A stretch of 64,000 nucleotides of DNA, from IMG/VR virus record IMGVR_UViG_3300021254_000020, positions 160,001 to 224,000 of that record. One strand, 5' to 3'. The notes below the pieces were generated by a model. The model made no database searches. It saw only the letters and a program-made list of their open reading frames with translations, and had not been told where the DNA came from. Within the stretch, counting starts at the first letter, position 1. Each line of letters begins with the position of its first letter. The DNA comes from a virus (Duplodnaviria > Caudoviricetes). Below are positions 25,261 through 35,191 of the stretch, one piece after another. A program made the position numbers and the translations under genes.

Positions 25261-25607
25261 TATACTTCTTCAATAGCCTCCTCTAAACCATGGATACGTC
25301 TAACCCTATCTTCATTGAATTCTACATCTACTACTTCTCCTAACAAACCATTATGCAAAAGCTGGATTCTCTTTTCAGTGAGTCTCTTCCAATCTTTAAG
25401 ATGCTTGGCAAGCTCAGTAATATCATAGAAGAAGATATCTCCATTTTCCAATTCAATATCTACACTAATCTGATTAGAACCAGCACAGATGAATGAACCA
25501 TTAGATCCAGCAACCGCATGATCAGGAATAGCCATGTATTTGATTCCTTGTTCTAACCTACCATTCTCACCATGATCTACCTCTACTGCTATTATTGTAC
25601 CTTTCAT
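25260..25607 (-). CDS. hypothetical protein (paralog of 25604-25954)
   Basis: Shared MKGTI..QG.K..GSNGSF..HGL.E. Confidence 0.75.
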   Translation of the reverse strand: MKGTIIAVEVDHGENGRLEQGIKYMAIPDHAVAGSNGSFICAGSNQISVDIELENGDIFFYDITELAKHLKDWKRLTEKRIQLLHNGLLGEVVDVEFNEDRVRRIHGLEEAIEEV

Positions 25608-25954
25608 AAGTTCTTTAATACCTCCTTGAGTCCATGAACCTTTCTCTTATGTTCAGACTGTTCTACATCTACAGATGCACCGATAAGAGCTTTCTTAAGT
25701 TTCTCTTTTCTTTGAGGTGAAAATCTACTCCAGCCCATGATCTTCTTTACCTTTTTAGCAACGTCTTCATACACTCCTACGCCGCTTTTATCAATAATGA
25801 TCTTGAGTCTCATCTCAGTATGTTCACCATCATTGGTCATAAATGAACCATTACTACCAAGAGCAATTCCTTTAGGCCGACTACCATTCTTATGCCCCTG
25901 AGACAATCCAAATTCCGCATTGATGAAATATACATCAGTAATAGTACCTTTCAT
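25604..25954 (-). CDS. hypothetical protein (paralog of 25260-25607)
   Basis: Shared motifs. Confidence 0.75.
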   Translation of the reverse strand: MKGTITDVYFINAEFGLSQGHKNGSRPKGIALGSNGSFMTNDGEHTEMRLKIIIDKSGVGVYEDVAKKVKKIMGWSRFSPQRKEKLKKALIGASVDVEQSEHKRKVHGLKEVLKNL

Positions 25955-25958
25955 GATA

Positions 25959-26225
25959 TCATTCCTCTTCTACTACCTTCTTTACATATTCAGAGTATTT
26001 CTTTTTAAACTCATCTTCATTAGGACTGTCAATAGCGATCTTATAAGCCTCAGATTTGGCTAAGAGAAGACATTTCTTATCAAACTTACCAGGTATTCCA
26101 CTCATTGCCAAAATATCTTTTTCATCGAGACCAATAATGAATGGAAGCATTATTACCGTACTGAGTCTTACTAGCTCATCTTTGCTTAATTTACTCAATT
26201 CCCTTTTAAGTGGATGCATATTCAT
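25959..26225 (-). CDS. hypothetical protein
   Basis: ORF with GGAGG RBS. Confidence 0.65.
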   Translation of the reverse strand: MNMHPLKRELSKLSKDELVRLSTVIMLPFIIGLDEKDILAMSGIPGKFDKKCLLLAKSEAYKIAIDSPNEDEFKKKYSEYVKKVVEEE

Positions 26226-26277
26226 TCCTCCATTTAAAAAGGAATGGGACTATATCCCATTCCCATATTTACCCTAA

Positions 26278-26673
26278 TTAAATATTATTCACAAACTCTT
26301 CAACTTCTTCGTCATTCATAGTACGAAGTTTCCATCCATCTGGATGCTCATGGTCAAGTACAGTTGTACCAGAGTCATACACAAACATAACATCAAAACT
26401 GATGCGGTTAGGAATGAAACACCTATTCTTTGGGTGCTGAGTGACTGGCAGCGGGCCATATACGAATATGAGTTCGTTTTCTTCAAGTGGATCGAACCCA
26501 TCATATTCTTCTTCTGTCAGCTCAATCATATCAACCGTTTCTGAATTGATACCTTTGTTTTCTTCCAGGTAGTCTAAAATGCTATTCTGAATCTCGTCAT
26601 GCAGGAAATCATCCATTTCATGTTCGGGATCGTAATTTTTAGCTACCCAAAATACTTTAGTTTCTTTAGCCAT
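26278..26673 (-). CDS. acidic hypothetical protein
   Basis: Own early-type motif and terminator hairpin. Confidence 0.7.
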   Translation of the reverse strand: MAKETKVFWVAKNYDPEHEMDDFLHDEIQNSILDYLEENKGINSETVDMIELTEEEYDGFDPLEENELIFVYGPLPVTQHPKNRCFIPNRISFDVMFVYDSGTTVLDHEHPDGWKLRTMNDEEVEEFVNNI

Positions 26674-26766
26674 ACTATATACTTCCTTTCGGTTGAGGAC
26701 ATTTACTCACCCCTATGGTGATACCTCATACACCTATATAGTATATAGTTGACAGATCATTTAGTA

Positions 26767-27075
26767 TTAATTATCATCAATCGCATGCTTGAACTCATCA
26801 TATGCAAGATCATCAAGTATTTTCTTGATTTCATGATGATAGACTACTGTACAATAACCATCACGCTCATCGTTCTTATCATTGATCATATCTATCACTT
26901 TCATATACACTTTTCCAATATCAAGTAATTTATAAACATTAGATTCGAACTTATCACAGATTCTAAGTTTACCATTAGAGAATGCGAATCCAACTCTATT
27001 TTCTGTGATATCAATTCCCTCTAATTCAACTCTTGGTACTAGGGCATTCTCACTGTTAGCATATGCGAATTTCAT
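26767..27075 (-). CDS. hypothetical protein
   Basis: ORF with AGGAG RBS. Confidence 0.65.
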   Translation of the reverse strand: MKFAYANSENALVPRVELEGIDITENRVGFAFSNGKLRICDKFESNVYKLLDIGKVYMKVIDMINDKNDERDGYCTVVYHHEIKKILDDLAYDEFKHAIDDN

Positions 27076-27146
27076 ATTCGATCATCTCCTTTAATTAGAT
27101 GATAACAAGGATATATATTTTAAATGATGGGTAGACATAATAATAG

Positions 27147-27263
27147 GTGGAAGACGATGCGTAATCTTGCCAGCGTGTCTGTTGTTTCTCCTATTTCAAT
27201 TTTCATTTCTTAACCCCATCTATTTAAGAGGTAGAGCGTCGCTGCTCTACCTCCTCTCTTTTC
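27147..27263 (+). ncRNA. candidate late small RNA
   Basis: Late-type motif at 27134-27146, 5' hairpin, C/U-rich linker, strong hairpin at 27228-27253 with pyrimidine tail; no RBS-led ORF. Confidence 0.45.
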
Positions 27264-27322
27264 AAAAAAAAAATACAAGCCCCTCAAAGAGAGACTTGTA
27301 TATAGTAGTGATACCTAGGATA

Positions 27323-27490
27323 TTAGAATTCGATTTCTACGATGCGAAGCTGTACCTTATCTCCATATTTAGGACGGTATACTTCTTCAATGTCTTCCTC
27401 TGCCCAATCACGCTCGTCTAACTCGTAGCGAGCGAATGGAACACGATTACCATATTGGTCCTCGATAGCGAGCATGCGTCTCTTAGTCAT
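27323..27490 (-). CDS. 55-aa hypothetical protein
   Basis: Manual translation MTKRRMLAIEDQYGNRVPF...IVEIEF; AGGAGG RBS. Confidence 0.7.
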   Translation of the reverse strand: MTKRRMLAIEDQYGNRVPFARYELDERDWAEEDIEEVYRPKYGDKVQLRIVEIEF

Positions 27491-27503
27491 TTTGGTTTCC
27501 TCC

Positions 27504-27800
27504 TTATGCTTTGTACACTACGTTGCAAACTGCATCATCCCATACAGGAATATATGCCTTAATGGAACCATCTTTGCTTTCGCAGCAGAGTCCATTTTTA
27601 TCCTTAAAGATGGTATTAAATTGCTGGTTATATTCCTTTTCCAAGTATTCAGCGATGCGATAGATCTGATCCTTCACCCCACCCTCAATAGAATGGCAAT
27701 TGTAGTAGCCATGCATCAGATTCTGTACACCTTTACGGATAACCTTGAAATCAAATTCTACATTAACAAATTCGGATTTTTCATTGATGTAAGTCGACAT
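27504..27800 (-). CDS. hypothetical protein
   Basis: Preceded by the duplicated promoter-leader cassette. Confidence 0.7.
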   Translation of the reverse strand: MSTYINEKSEFVNVEFDFKVIRKGVQNLMHGYYNCHSIEGGVKDQIYRIAEYLEKEYNQQFNTIFKDKNGLCCESKDGSIKAYIPVWDDAVCNVVYKA

Positions 27801-27806
27801 AATAAT

Positions 27807-27907
27807 TACCCCTTTCTATAGGTAATATGATAGAGGATCATAGCTATTTTACATATGTATCTATATACATATAACCTCTTATTCACCTCGATAATATACA
27901 ATTGAAA
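27807..27907 (-). repeat. 101-bp dispersed repeat, copy 2
   Basis: 99/101 identical to 4804-4904. Confidence 0.9.
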
Positions 27908-27955
27908 ATAGACACTTTAACGGGAGTAGGCTTATTATAGCCTACTCCCTTTATA

Positions 27956-28801
27956 TTAGAAATATAAATCGTATTTAATTGTCCAAGAAGCTCCTTGTTC
28001 TGATAGTTCTCTATCAGGGAAATTGAGTCTAGTCAATGGGCGAACGTCCTGATAGTATGTGTATCCATCAACCTCACTGGCCCAACCAATCAAAAGAGAT
28101 ATAGTATTGAATACAGCATCATTGATACCACTAGTATTATCAAACCAATCTCTTCCATCTTCTTCATCTACTGTAGCAGTGAGACCTACCTTAACTCTGG
28201 CCCCAAGAGTAGTATGGTCATCATATACACTAGAAGTCCAAGGAGTACCATCATCATATACCTTACTAACAATGGGATCACTATCGAACTTCTTAAAGTA
28301 GTATCCGATATATCCTCTATCATTATAGGTCTTTCTACCATTATAGATGCCTCTTAATGTATCATCAAGATCGTCACCAATTGGCTGATAGCGGAAAGGA
28401 ATAATATCGTTATTAGGAGATATCCATAACTTATTAGATACCTCGTTCTTGATTCTACTACCACGATTACACCCAGACGTACCCATACAGAATCCGAATA
28501 CTGTATATTTCAATCCAAGATCCTCGTCAGAATGTGACTGGGTATTATCAAGATCCATCTGGCTGTTATAAGTAGGTGTAATGAACTTATCTCCTTCTGC
28601 TCTAAATAAATGAAGAGCTATAAACTCACTAGCAGATAGCATAGCTTTATTGAAATCCTCATGTACTATCTTGCCATTCCGTCTATCAATAATCCGTACA
28701 TGGCCTATGGGAGTAAAGTGCTCCCCTTCAGAAATGACTACCTCGTTATTTATCTTTAGTAGTTCACTAAAGGATATCTTATCAGTAAACTTACTGTACA
28801 T
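27956..28801 (-). CDS. putative baseplate/tail structural protein
   Basis: Late operon; IIPFRY, YIGYYFKKF, TRLNFP..L...W.I.Y pattern; start MYSK after AGGAGG. Confidence 0.55.
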   Translation of the reverse strand: MYSKFTDKISFSELLKINNEVVISEGEHFTPIGHVRIIDRRNGKIVHEDFNKAMLSASEFIALHLFRAEGDKFITPTYNSQMDLDNTQSHSDEDLGLKYTVFGFCMGTSGCNRGSRIKNEVSNKLWISPNNDIIPFRYQPIGDDLDDTLRGIYNGRKTYNDRGYIGYYFKKFDSDPIVSKVYDDGTPWTSSVYDDHTTLGARVKVGLTATVDEEDGRDWFDNTSGINDAVFNTISLLIGWASEVDGYTYYQDVRPLTRLNFPDRELSEQGASWTIKYDLYF

Positions 28802-31800
28802 CAATAATCTCCTCCTTACCATCAGCATGATGAGTGGTAATTTGACAATCCTCTTTTAACCATCTATTCCCTTGAGAATTCTCTTCTTCGAATTCAGATA
28901 CTTTAGAGGTACAATTAGTATGGACTACCTCTTCTATCTCTATATAGTCTTTGACTTTATTGACTTCCTTAAATGAAGCCTGGTCATAGAAATTGATAAA
29001 ACCATCTTCATTCATGGTTCTATTGCCACTCCCTCCTATGTTGACCTGTTCTCCTCTTTCGTTAAAGATAATCTTATAACTCTTAAAGAACTCAATTATC
29101 TTAACCATGTATTTCAAGATAGCATCAGTGCTGTAACCTGCAAATCCTGAGAATATACTAGATTCTAATTCTCCACTAATATATTCTTCTAGTACATAGC
29201 AAATATCATCTACAGCAGTAGTGATAGCATCTATACGAGTTTCTCTATCAGAGATAGAACGAATCTGAACTAATCTAGAATAGAGTATATCGTCTTTCTC
29301 TTTTAAGAAATCCGTATAGGTTTTAGGAATAGTACCATCATTGAGTCTATAGTATTCTAGATTAAAGTTCCAAGTCATCAGATACTTGTAAATATATTCC
29401 CAGATTAGATATTCCCTGAAATCATTAGATTTCACTATTCTATTTCTAATGTAGTAATATACATCTAGATTATTCTTTAATATAGCCACAAACTCAGATA
29501 GATCTGTAATCTGCTCTGTCGGTACTATAAAGTTCCAGATCTTAAAATACTCTGGATCAAAATGACGTTCTTTAATGAACTCCCTTATCTTGTCTAAATC
29601 GGCTCTGAAATTAAATCCAGATGCAATGATAGGAACTGTAGGTTCCTCTATCTCTACGTCGTCCATATCATTATATGTATACGTGAGACATGTCATGAAA
29701 AGAATGAGATGAGCTACATTAAAAGAATGCACACTACTAAGAGTAGGGATATTTACATTCAAATTTGATTCTAAGAATACATCGTCAAATAGAGCAGCAT
29801 AGAAGTATGCTAATTGAGCACTATATTCGGTGATTTGTATATTCTTTGATACTCCATAATACTTTGTTCTAGAGTAGTTGAAATCAGATTTGTATATCTC
29901 TTTCTTAATAGTATCATAATGGTTCTCTTTATAGTTTAATCCAGCCCACCATCCATCATTATGAACCTGAATATCATAATCTTTCCACCTAGTATTATCT
30001 AATAGGTAATGAGCAGAATAATAATCATGTACTGGTATTTTGCAGAACTTCAGATTAGTGGTATACTCGTAATCTTCTCTATTCTCTTTCCATACATATG
30101 GATATCTCAATAGGTATATGAAATGGAAGGTGAGAGAATCACCAAAGTACCCTTCTTCTAATAGTTCTGGAGGATAACTACTAAAGGTAGTATCTATGAG
30201 ATCTATATTCTTATCTGGGAATAATTGTCTATCTCCATACTCTATGAAGTACGGCCAATTATTTGTAACGTAATTATCAAATGGGAACTTGACCTCATAT
30301 GCCCTCTTACGATCAGATATATCTAGCTTTCTAGTTGTATGAATCAAATTAAAGCTATTTCCATTCTCCACATACCAGTTGGTGTAGATATATAGAATAG
30401 TAATAGTACCATGCTTAGGACTATCAGCAGTATCATCTAATAATCGTAAAGAGAAGTTATCTACTATCTCATACCTAGACTTATCAAGAACAGTACCACC
30501 ATAGATAACTATAAAGTCATGACCAGTCTCCATGTAAGGGAAGAATGGATACATTAGAGGAATTAACTGATCTGCTCCTGCTCCAGTATCTGGAGATTGC
30601 TGAATCGCTACATTAGTTCTATACTCTACATCTCCATTGTACAAGAAGGTTACATTTAGAATATCTCCTATCTTAATATCTCGAGATGTGGTAGTAAGTG
30701 TAACAGTCGCATTAACCTCATTATCATCCCAATCAATCCTATACTCTCCAGGAATTAGAGGATTATTATTAATATCCAAGATAACCGCATTCTTCTTATC
30801 AACATAATTCTTTACAGGAGCTGTGAACTTAAATGTTCTTTGATGATTCTCTGTAGCAGTATCCTCAGTATAATCCATAGATAGACAATAATTATCAGGA
30901 AGAGTTCTATCAGCATTATGATATGCTAATACTACTTTGACAGTATCTGTCTTCTTAATAGCCAATCCAGTGTCCAATATGATTATACTATTATTAGTAC
31001 AGGTATAGGATTCTGGAGGTAACCAAGTATTGAATACATTGAGATATACCTTATAATCACTTCCAACATAATTACTTACTGGGAAGGTGAATGGAAACTC
31101 AATTTGATAGTTCTGAGTCGGTTTGAAGGTATAGATATCGTAGATAATATCCAAGTCTCTAGCACGAGTATTGAGAGAGTAAATGAAGTTAAAGGTTATA
31201 CTCCTGCCTTTACGTACTGTTGTACCATCAATGAACTTGAGATTAGCAGTCCCATCATCATTATAAGTTACTGTATATCTTAATGGATCAATGAATAAGG
31301 TTCCTATATTAACAAAGAAACCATTCCCACTCTTAACGTAGTACTCAAATGGTTCAGGAATTTTAAACTCATCTGCATCATCACTAGGAGACGTAATTAC
31401 TTTTTTATCAAAAGCAGTTCTCATATAATCCGAATGTAGTAAGATTAGAGTAACGTTCCTATGATTTAATTCTACTTCTGGATCTATGATTACTTTGTCT
31501 TCAACTCTATGATATAAGCACTTGGGTAAGAATATACTACCAACTAATACTAGCATATCATCAGTAGATTTGAAGAACTCAGCAGGAACATCTGAATCTA
31601 ATGATAGATCAATAGTATTGTCTGGATAGTAACTGGTGGTATAGGTATACATATTAATGGCATGGAATGTATCTCCATTAAACACATCATTCCTACTATC
31701 ACGATCATAATAGAAATCATACCTAATCTTAGTTCCAGAATCTATGATAGATTTCTTGAATCGAATTATATCATACCCAAGCCTTCTATAATCTACTCCC

Positions 31801-33272
31801 TCAGTAAGTATCCGATTATCTACAGATACTATAGTGATATTGCCTTTCTGAGTATAGTAATGGAATGGATAAGGAATGTATCTATCAACATAGTCATCCC
31901 CAAATACTGGATCATTATCTCCAATTTCTTCCGTATAGTCATCTTCTAATTCCTTATTAAATTCTTGAGCAGATAGAATATTACCAGTAGTATCAAATTC
32001 TGGATAAGATAATACTCTCAAAATAGTATCTTCATCCATGTCTTCGGTATACCACTTATATTCAGTTGGTAATCCCTTAGAGTGAGATTCACTAGTAGTC
32101 AATTCTTCAATACTATTGACTCCAACTACATTGTTGTAGTTACTAGTTAATACCTCATCAGCTTTCCATAAGAAATTGCCATATTCATCTCTCTTACGTT
32201 CTTTAAATATGTAATACTTAAAGAACTCAACGTCATCTAATCCAAATATCTTTGCTATTTCTAATAATTCATTAGAACAGCTCTTATACTTAATTAGATT
32301 ATATAGATTATACACCATTCTCTCTTGGTACTTATATGGAATATCCCTATAATATGGAATACCGTACATAGAAAAGATGTATTCGATGCAGCGTCTATCT
32401 AATATATCTCTTTTTACTATATTAGATTGTACTTCTGTCAGCATATCTACCATTACAGATATTAGCAGATATATCTGCATAAATGCATGGTAATGAGGAT
32501 TCTCCAGTTCCATTGCACTAGTATAAACAGACTTGAGTAAGAAGTCTCGTCTATCCTCATATTTACGTTCCCAAGTCTCCTTGATGAGTTGATCAACATC
32601 ATTTGGAGTGGTAAGTATCATAAAATCATATGCTTTGCGAGCATCATAGAGTTTTATTCCATGAGTAATATAATCTAAATATCTCACATCACATTTGTCT
32701 GCATAGTCGTTCTTCATCATCTCAATAACGCCATAAGAGTCTAATTCTCTAATAGCATTGATACCGATTTCATGAACGAATTCGCCATGGTAAGTAAAAC
32801 TCTCAGGAAGATACATAGCATAGTCTCTTACTGGAATTCCCCATTCACTACGAGGTGGTTTACCAGTAATGCGTCTATAGTATTCATTCTTTTCATCAAA
32901 ATTATTTACATACCAAGGAATCAATAAAGCCAATAAATCCTTACGATAATGAGTTCCTGTTTCCTCATTATCAGTTGGAATTACTCTCTGTAAATGATTA
33001 AAGTTCTTATATATTGTTATAGTATCTTCGGGTAATCCTACTTGTCTCATAAACTGTTCGGGTATATCTGTAAACATACCCAAAGTAGCCGTTCCTTCGA
33101 TACAAGCAAAATAGACTTCTGCTTCTCTAAGAGACTCTTCAGTTTCTGCTGCGTTGGCAGCTTGTTCATCCTTAATTACAGTATTATAGGTTAAGATCTT
33201 TAAATTCTTAACCAGCTTATCTATAAAAGGATTATCGGTCTGATATGAATCATCTGAATAAGTAGATGCCAT
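28791..33272 (-). CDS. large putative baseplate structural protein with internal ~90-aa repeats
   Basis: 1493 aa; late-type motif; baseplate-wedge-like segment YIFSMYGIPYY..NLYNLIKYK. Confidence 0.6.
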   Translation of the reverse strand: MASTYSDDSYQTDNPFIDKLVKNLKILTYNTVIKDEQAANAAETEESLREAEVYFACIEGTATLGMFTDIPEQFMRQVGLPEDTITIYKNFNHLQRVIPTDNEETGTHYRKDLLALLIPWYVNNFDEKNEYYRRITGKPPRSEWGIPVRDYAMYLPESFTYHGEFVHEIGINAIRELDSYGVIEMMKNDYADKCDVRYLDYITHGIKLYDARKAYDFMILTTPNDVDQLIKETWERKYEDRRDFLLKSVYTSAMELENPHYHAFMQIYLLISVMVDMLTEVQSNIVKRDILDRRCIEYIFSMYGIPYYRDIPYKYQERMVYNLYNLIKYKSCSNELLEIAKIFGLDDVEFFKYYIFKERKRDEYGNFLWKADEVLTSNYNNVVGVNSIEELTTSESHSKGLPTEYKWYTEDMDEDTILRVLSYPEFDTTGNILSAQEFNKELEDDYTEEIGDNDPVFGDDYVDRYIPYPFHYYTQKGNITIVSVDNRILTEGVDYRRLGYDIIRFKKSIIDSGTKIRYDFYYDRDSRNDVFNGDTFHAINMYTYTTSYYPDNTIDLSLDSDVPAEFFKSTDDMLVLVGSIFLPKCLYHRVEDKVIIDPEVELNHRNVTLILLHSDYMRTAFDKKVITSPSDDADEFKIPEPFEYYVKSGNGFFVNIGTLFIDPLRYTVTYNDDGTANLKFIDGTTVRKGRSITFNFIYSLNTRARDLDIIYDIYTFKPTQNYQIEFPFTFPVSNYVGSDYKVYLNVFNTWLPPESYTCTNNSIIILDTGLAIKKTDTVKVVLAYHNADRTLPDNYCLSMDYTEDTATENHQRTFKFTAPVKNYVDKKNAVILDINNNPLIPGEYRIDWDDNEVNATVTLTTTSRDIKIGDILNVTFLYNGDVEYRTNVAIQQSPDTGAGADQLIPLMYPFFPYMETGHDFIVIYGGTVLDKSRYEIVDNFSLRLLDDTADSPKHGTITILYIYTNWYVENGNSFNLIHTTRKLDISDRKRAYEVKFPFDNYVTNNWPYFIEYGDRQLFPDKNIDLIDTTFSSYPPELLEEGYFGDSLTFHFIYLLRYPYVWKENREDYEYTTNLKFCKIPVHDYYSAHYLLDNTRWKDYDIQVHNDGWWAGLNYKENHYDTIKKEIYKSDFNYSRTKYYGVSKNIQITEYSAQLAYFYAALFDDVFLESNLNVNIPTLSSVHSFNVAHLILFMTCLTYTYNDMDDVEIEEPTVPIIASGFNFRADLDKIREFIKERHFDPEYFKIWNFIVPTEQITDLSEFVAILKNNLDVYYYIRNRIVKSNDFREYLIWEYIYKYLMTWNFNLEYYRLNDGTIPKTYTDFLKEKDDILYSRLVQIRSISDRETRIDAITTAVDDICYVLEEYISGELESSIFSGFAGYSTDAILKYMVKIIEFFKSYKIIFNERGEQVNIGGSGNRTMNEDGFINFYDQASFKEVNKVKDYIEIEEVVHTNCTSKVSEFEEENSQGNRWLKEDCQITTHHADGKEEIIDVQ

Positions 33273-33410
33273 TTACCTCACTCCTTTCTTCCAAATTATG
33301 TGAATGTCGTGGCTATCATATTATAGCAGACTATAACAGAACTACCTAGAGTTAGGTAGTTCTTTTTAAGGCCTTCGACATTTGATTAATATAGGAGAGG
33401 AGGGAGAATT

Positions 33411-34160
33411 ATGTATTTTAGTGCTAATTATCCGGATATATTGATTAGTGATATGGATTCTAATCCTAGGATTAGTAACGCGACTGGTGAATATTCTATT
33501 ACGATGTGTCTCAGTAAAGAGAATAGATATGATTATGATGAGTATGAGAAGTTCTTAAAAAAGGCTGTTGCCAATTTCCGTTCATCTCCTACTTATAAAC
33601 ACTATAAGAGTTATCTATATAGCTTAGGAATTAATTGTTGTCAATTCCACCCATATATTCAAAATACAGAAGAATATGAGATGGCTTCTTTAGAAATGCA
33701 TCACTGTATGTTTAATATATTCGATATAGCCATTATGATTACTGAGAATGCTCTCAATACTGTTGGATTCATCACCGAATTCCAGCTTGTAAAATTAATA
33801 AAGCAGGAACACATCAATAACCGGGTACCTGTAGTTATGCTATGTAAATCATGCCACCAAAAATATCATCATAAAGGATTATATGTTCATCCTGAACAGA
33901 TCTTTGGTAAGTGGTGGGAAATGATTGAGAAGTATCAAGCAGGTATGACTGGTGAGATAATGGAGAAAATAATCCGTTATCTAAATCGTGGTCTTGGAGA
34001 GAAATTCAAATATAGACTAGAAGATAGAGATCGTCTATTAGCTCTCCGAGATAATATTAATATACTTGCTGGAACGGGAGGGTTATTATTAGATGGGCAC
34101 TCGAATCCTTACGAAATGGAAGAATACGCTAACGACGTCGATCCGCCAACTACCATCTAA
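33411..34160 (+). CDS. HNH-like Zn-binding protein
   Basis: CCQF..LEMHH...VMLCKSCHQKYH. Confidence 0.6.
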   Translation: MYFSANYPDILISDMDSNPRISNATGEYSITMCLSKENRYDYDEYEKFLKKAVANFRSSPTYKHYKSYLYSLGINCCQFHPYIQNTEEYEMASLEMHHCMFNIFDIAIMITENALNTVGFITEFQLVKLIKQEHINNRVPVVMLCKSCHQKYHHKGLYVHPEQIFGKWWEMIEKYQAGMTGEIMEKIIRYLNRGLGEKFKYRLEDRDRLLALRDNINILAGTGGLLLDGHSNPYEMEEYANDVDPPTTI

Positions 34161-34662
34161 CGTAGAAAATCATATTGGATGGTATACTGGAGTGGTATCT
34201 CTAATCACTGGTATTGCTCTTAAGATTCCTATGGAAACTGCAGTAGCTGGAGGTATATTATACTCCATGGTGCTAGCAAAAAAATATATAGACCATAGGA
34301 TTGTGAAAGAAAGGCTAGATACTATAGAGATAGATAGACTCATGTTACCAGACGATAATCCTCTGAGAACACAAAAATCTATATCTGATATTATCGGTAA
34401 CTATGTAGAAGATTGTTTTGATAGGGACGTTCTCTTCTTCAATGTGTTAAAGGATGATGATTATGTAGATTCTCCTACAGAGAAGAGGTTGTTGAATGAA
34501 CTCATAGAAAGTGTCTCTTCTAATATGAGCAGAGAGTTGAGAGATAAGTTATCACTATACTATGGTAACAGCCTAGACAAAGTCATAGGAAGAAAGTGTC
34601 TAGCTACTGTATCTCTCTATGTTGCCAAGCATAATCATAGATTATATGACGGAAGTAAATAA
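34093..34662 (+). CDS. membrane-associated hypothetical protein
   Basis: N-terminal hydrophobic segments. Confidence 0.6.
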   Translation: MGTRILTKWKNTLTTSIRQLPSNVENHIGWYTGVVSLITGIALKIPMETAVAGGILYSMVLAKKYIDHRIVKERLDTIEIDRLMLPDDNPLRTQKSISDIIGNYVEDCFDRDVLFFNVLKDDDYVDSPTEKRLLNELIESVSSNMSRELRDKLSLYYGNSLDKVIGRKCLATVSLYVAKHNHRLYDGSK

Positions 34663-34710
34663 AAAAAAGAGTGGGGTTATAATGACCCCACTCTTAAATG
34701 TGCGTAAATA

Positions 34711-34908
34711 TTACTTCTGTCTAGACGTATACCATGAGTTGATATTCTTCATCAGCCCATCTGCGCTGATAATAACACCGCAGGTCATACCTATGAGGCC
34801 TACGACTTGGATTCCCTTATTGTATCCTGAATTGGGATCAATTACCCAATTGGGCATGAGGTTTTTGACCTTTACCTGCTGGGGCTGCTGATTGTTGTTA
34901 CCAAACAT
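34711..34908 (-). CDS. small membrane protein
   Basis: Hydrophobic segment, RBS. Confidence 0.6.
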   Translation of the reverse strand: MFGNNNQQPQQVKVKNLMPNWVIDPNSGYNKGIQVVGLIGMTCGVIISADGLMKNINSWYTSRQK

Positions 34909-34913
34909 ACTAA

Positions 34914-35120
34914 TTACCTTCCTTTCATCATGTCCTGGGTATATTCCCAGAAATCATCTTGCAATGCTTTTTCAGCATCTTGAATTCGCTGAATTAACTG
35001 CTCTATTAGCAGCTTTCTCTCATAGTCATATAGATCCGCTCCAGCTTTTCCATCTTGAATAAGTTGGATTCTTTTTTCTATATTGGAGATTAACTCCTTA
35101 TAGAAATCTCTATTGACCAT
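34914..35120 (-). CDS. small helical-hairpin protein
   Basis: MVNR start after AGGAGG; early-type motif. Confidence 0.65.
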   Translation of the reverse strand: MVNRDFYKELISNIEKRIQLIQDGKAGADLYDYERKLLIEQLIQRIQDAEKALQDDFWEYTQDMMKGR

Positions 35121-35191
35121 ATTATTACCTCCTTTCACTATTATAATATATTAATAAAAAAGAACCGATTAACAAACAGATACCCTAGGAC

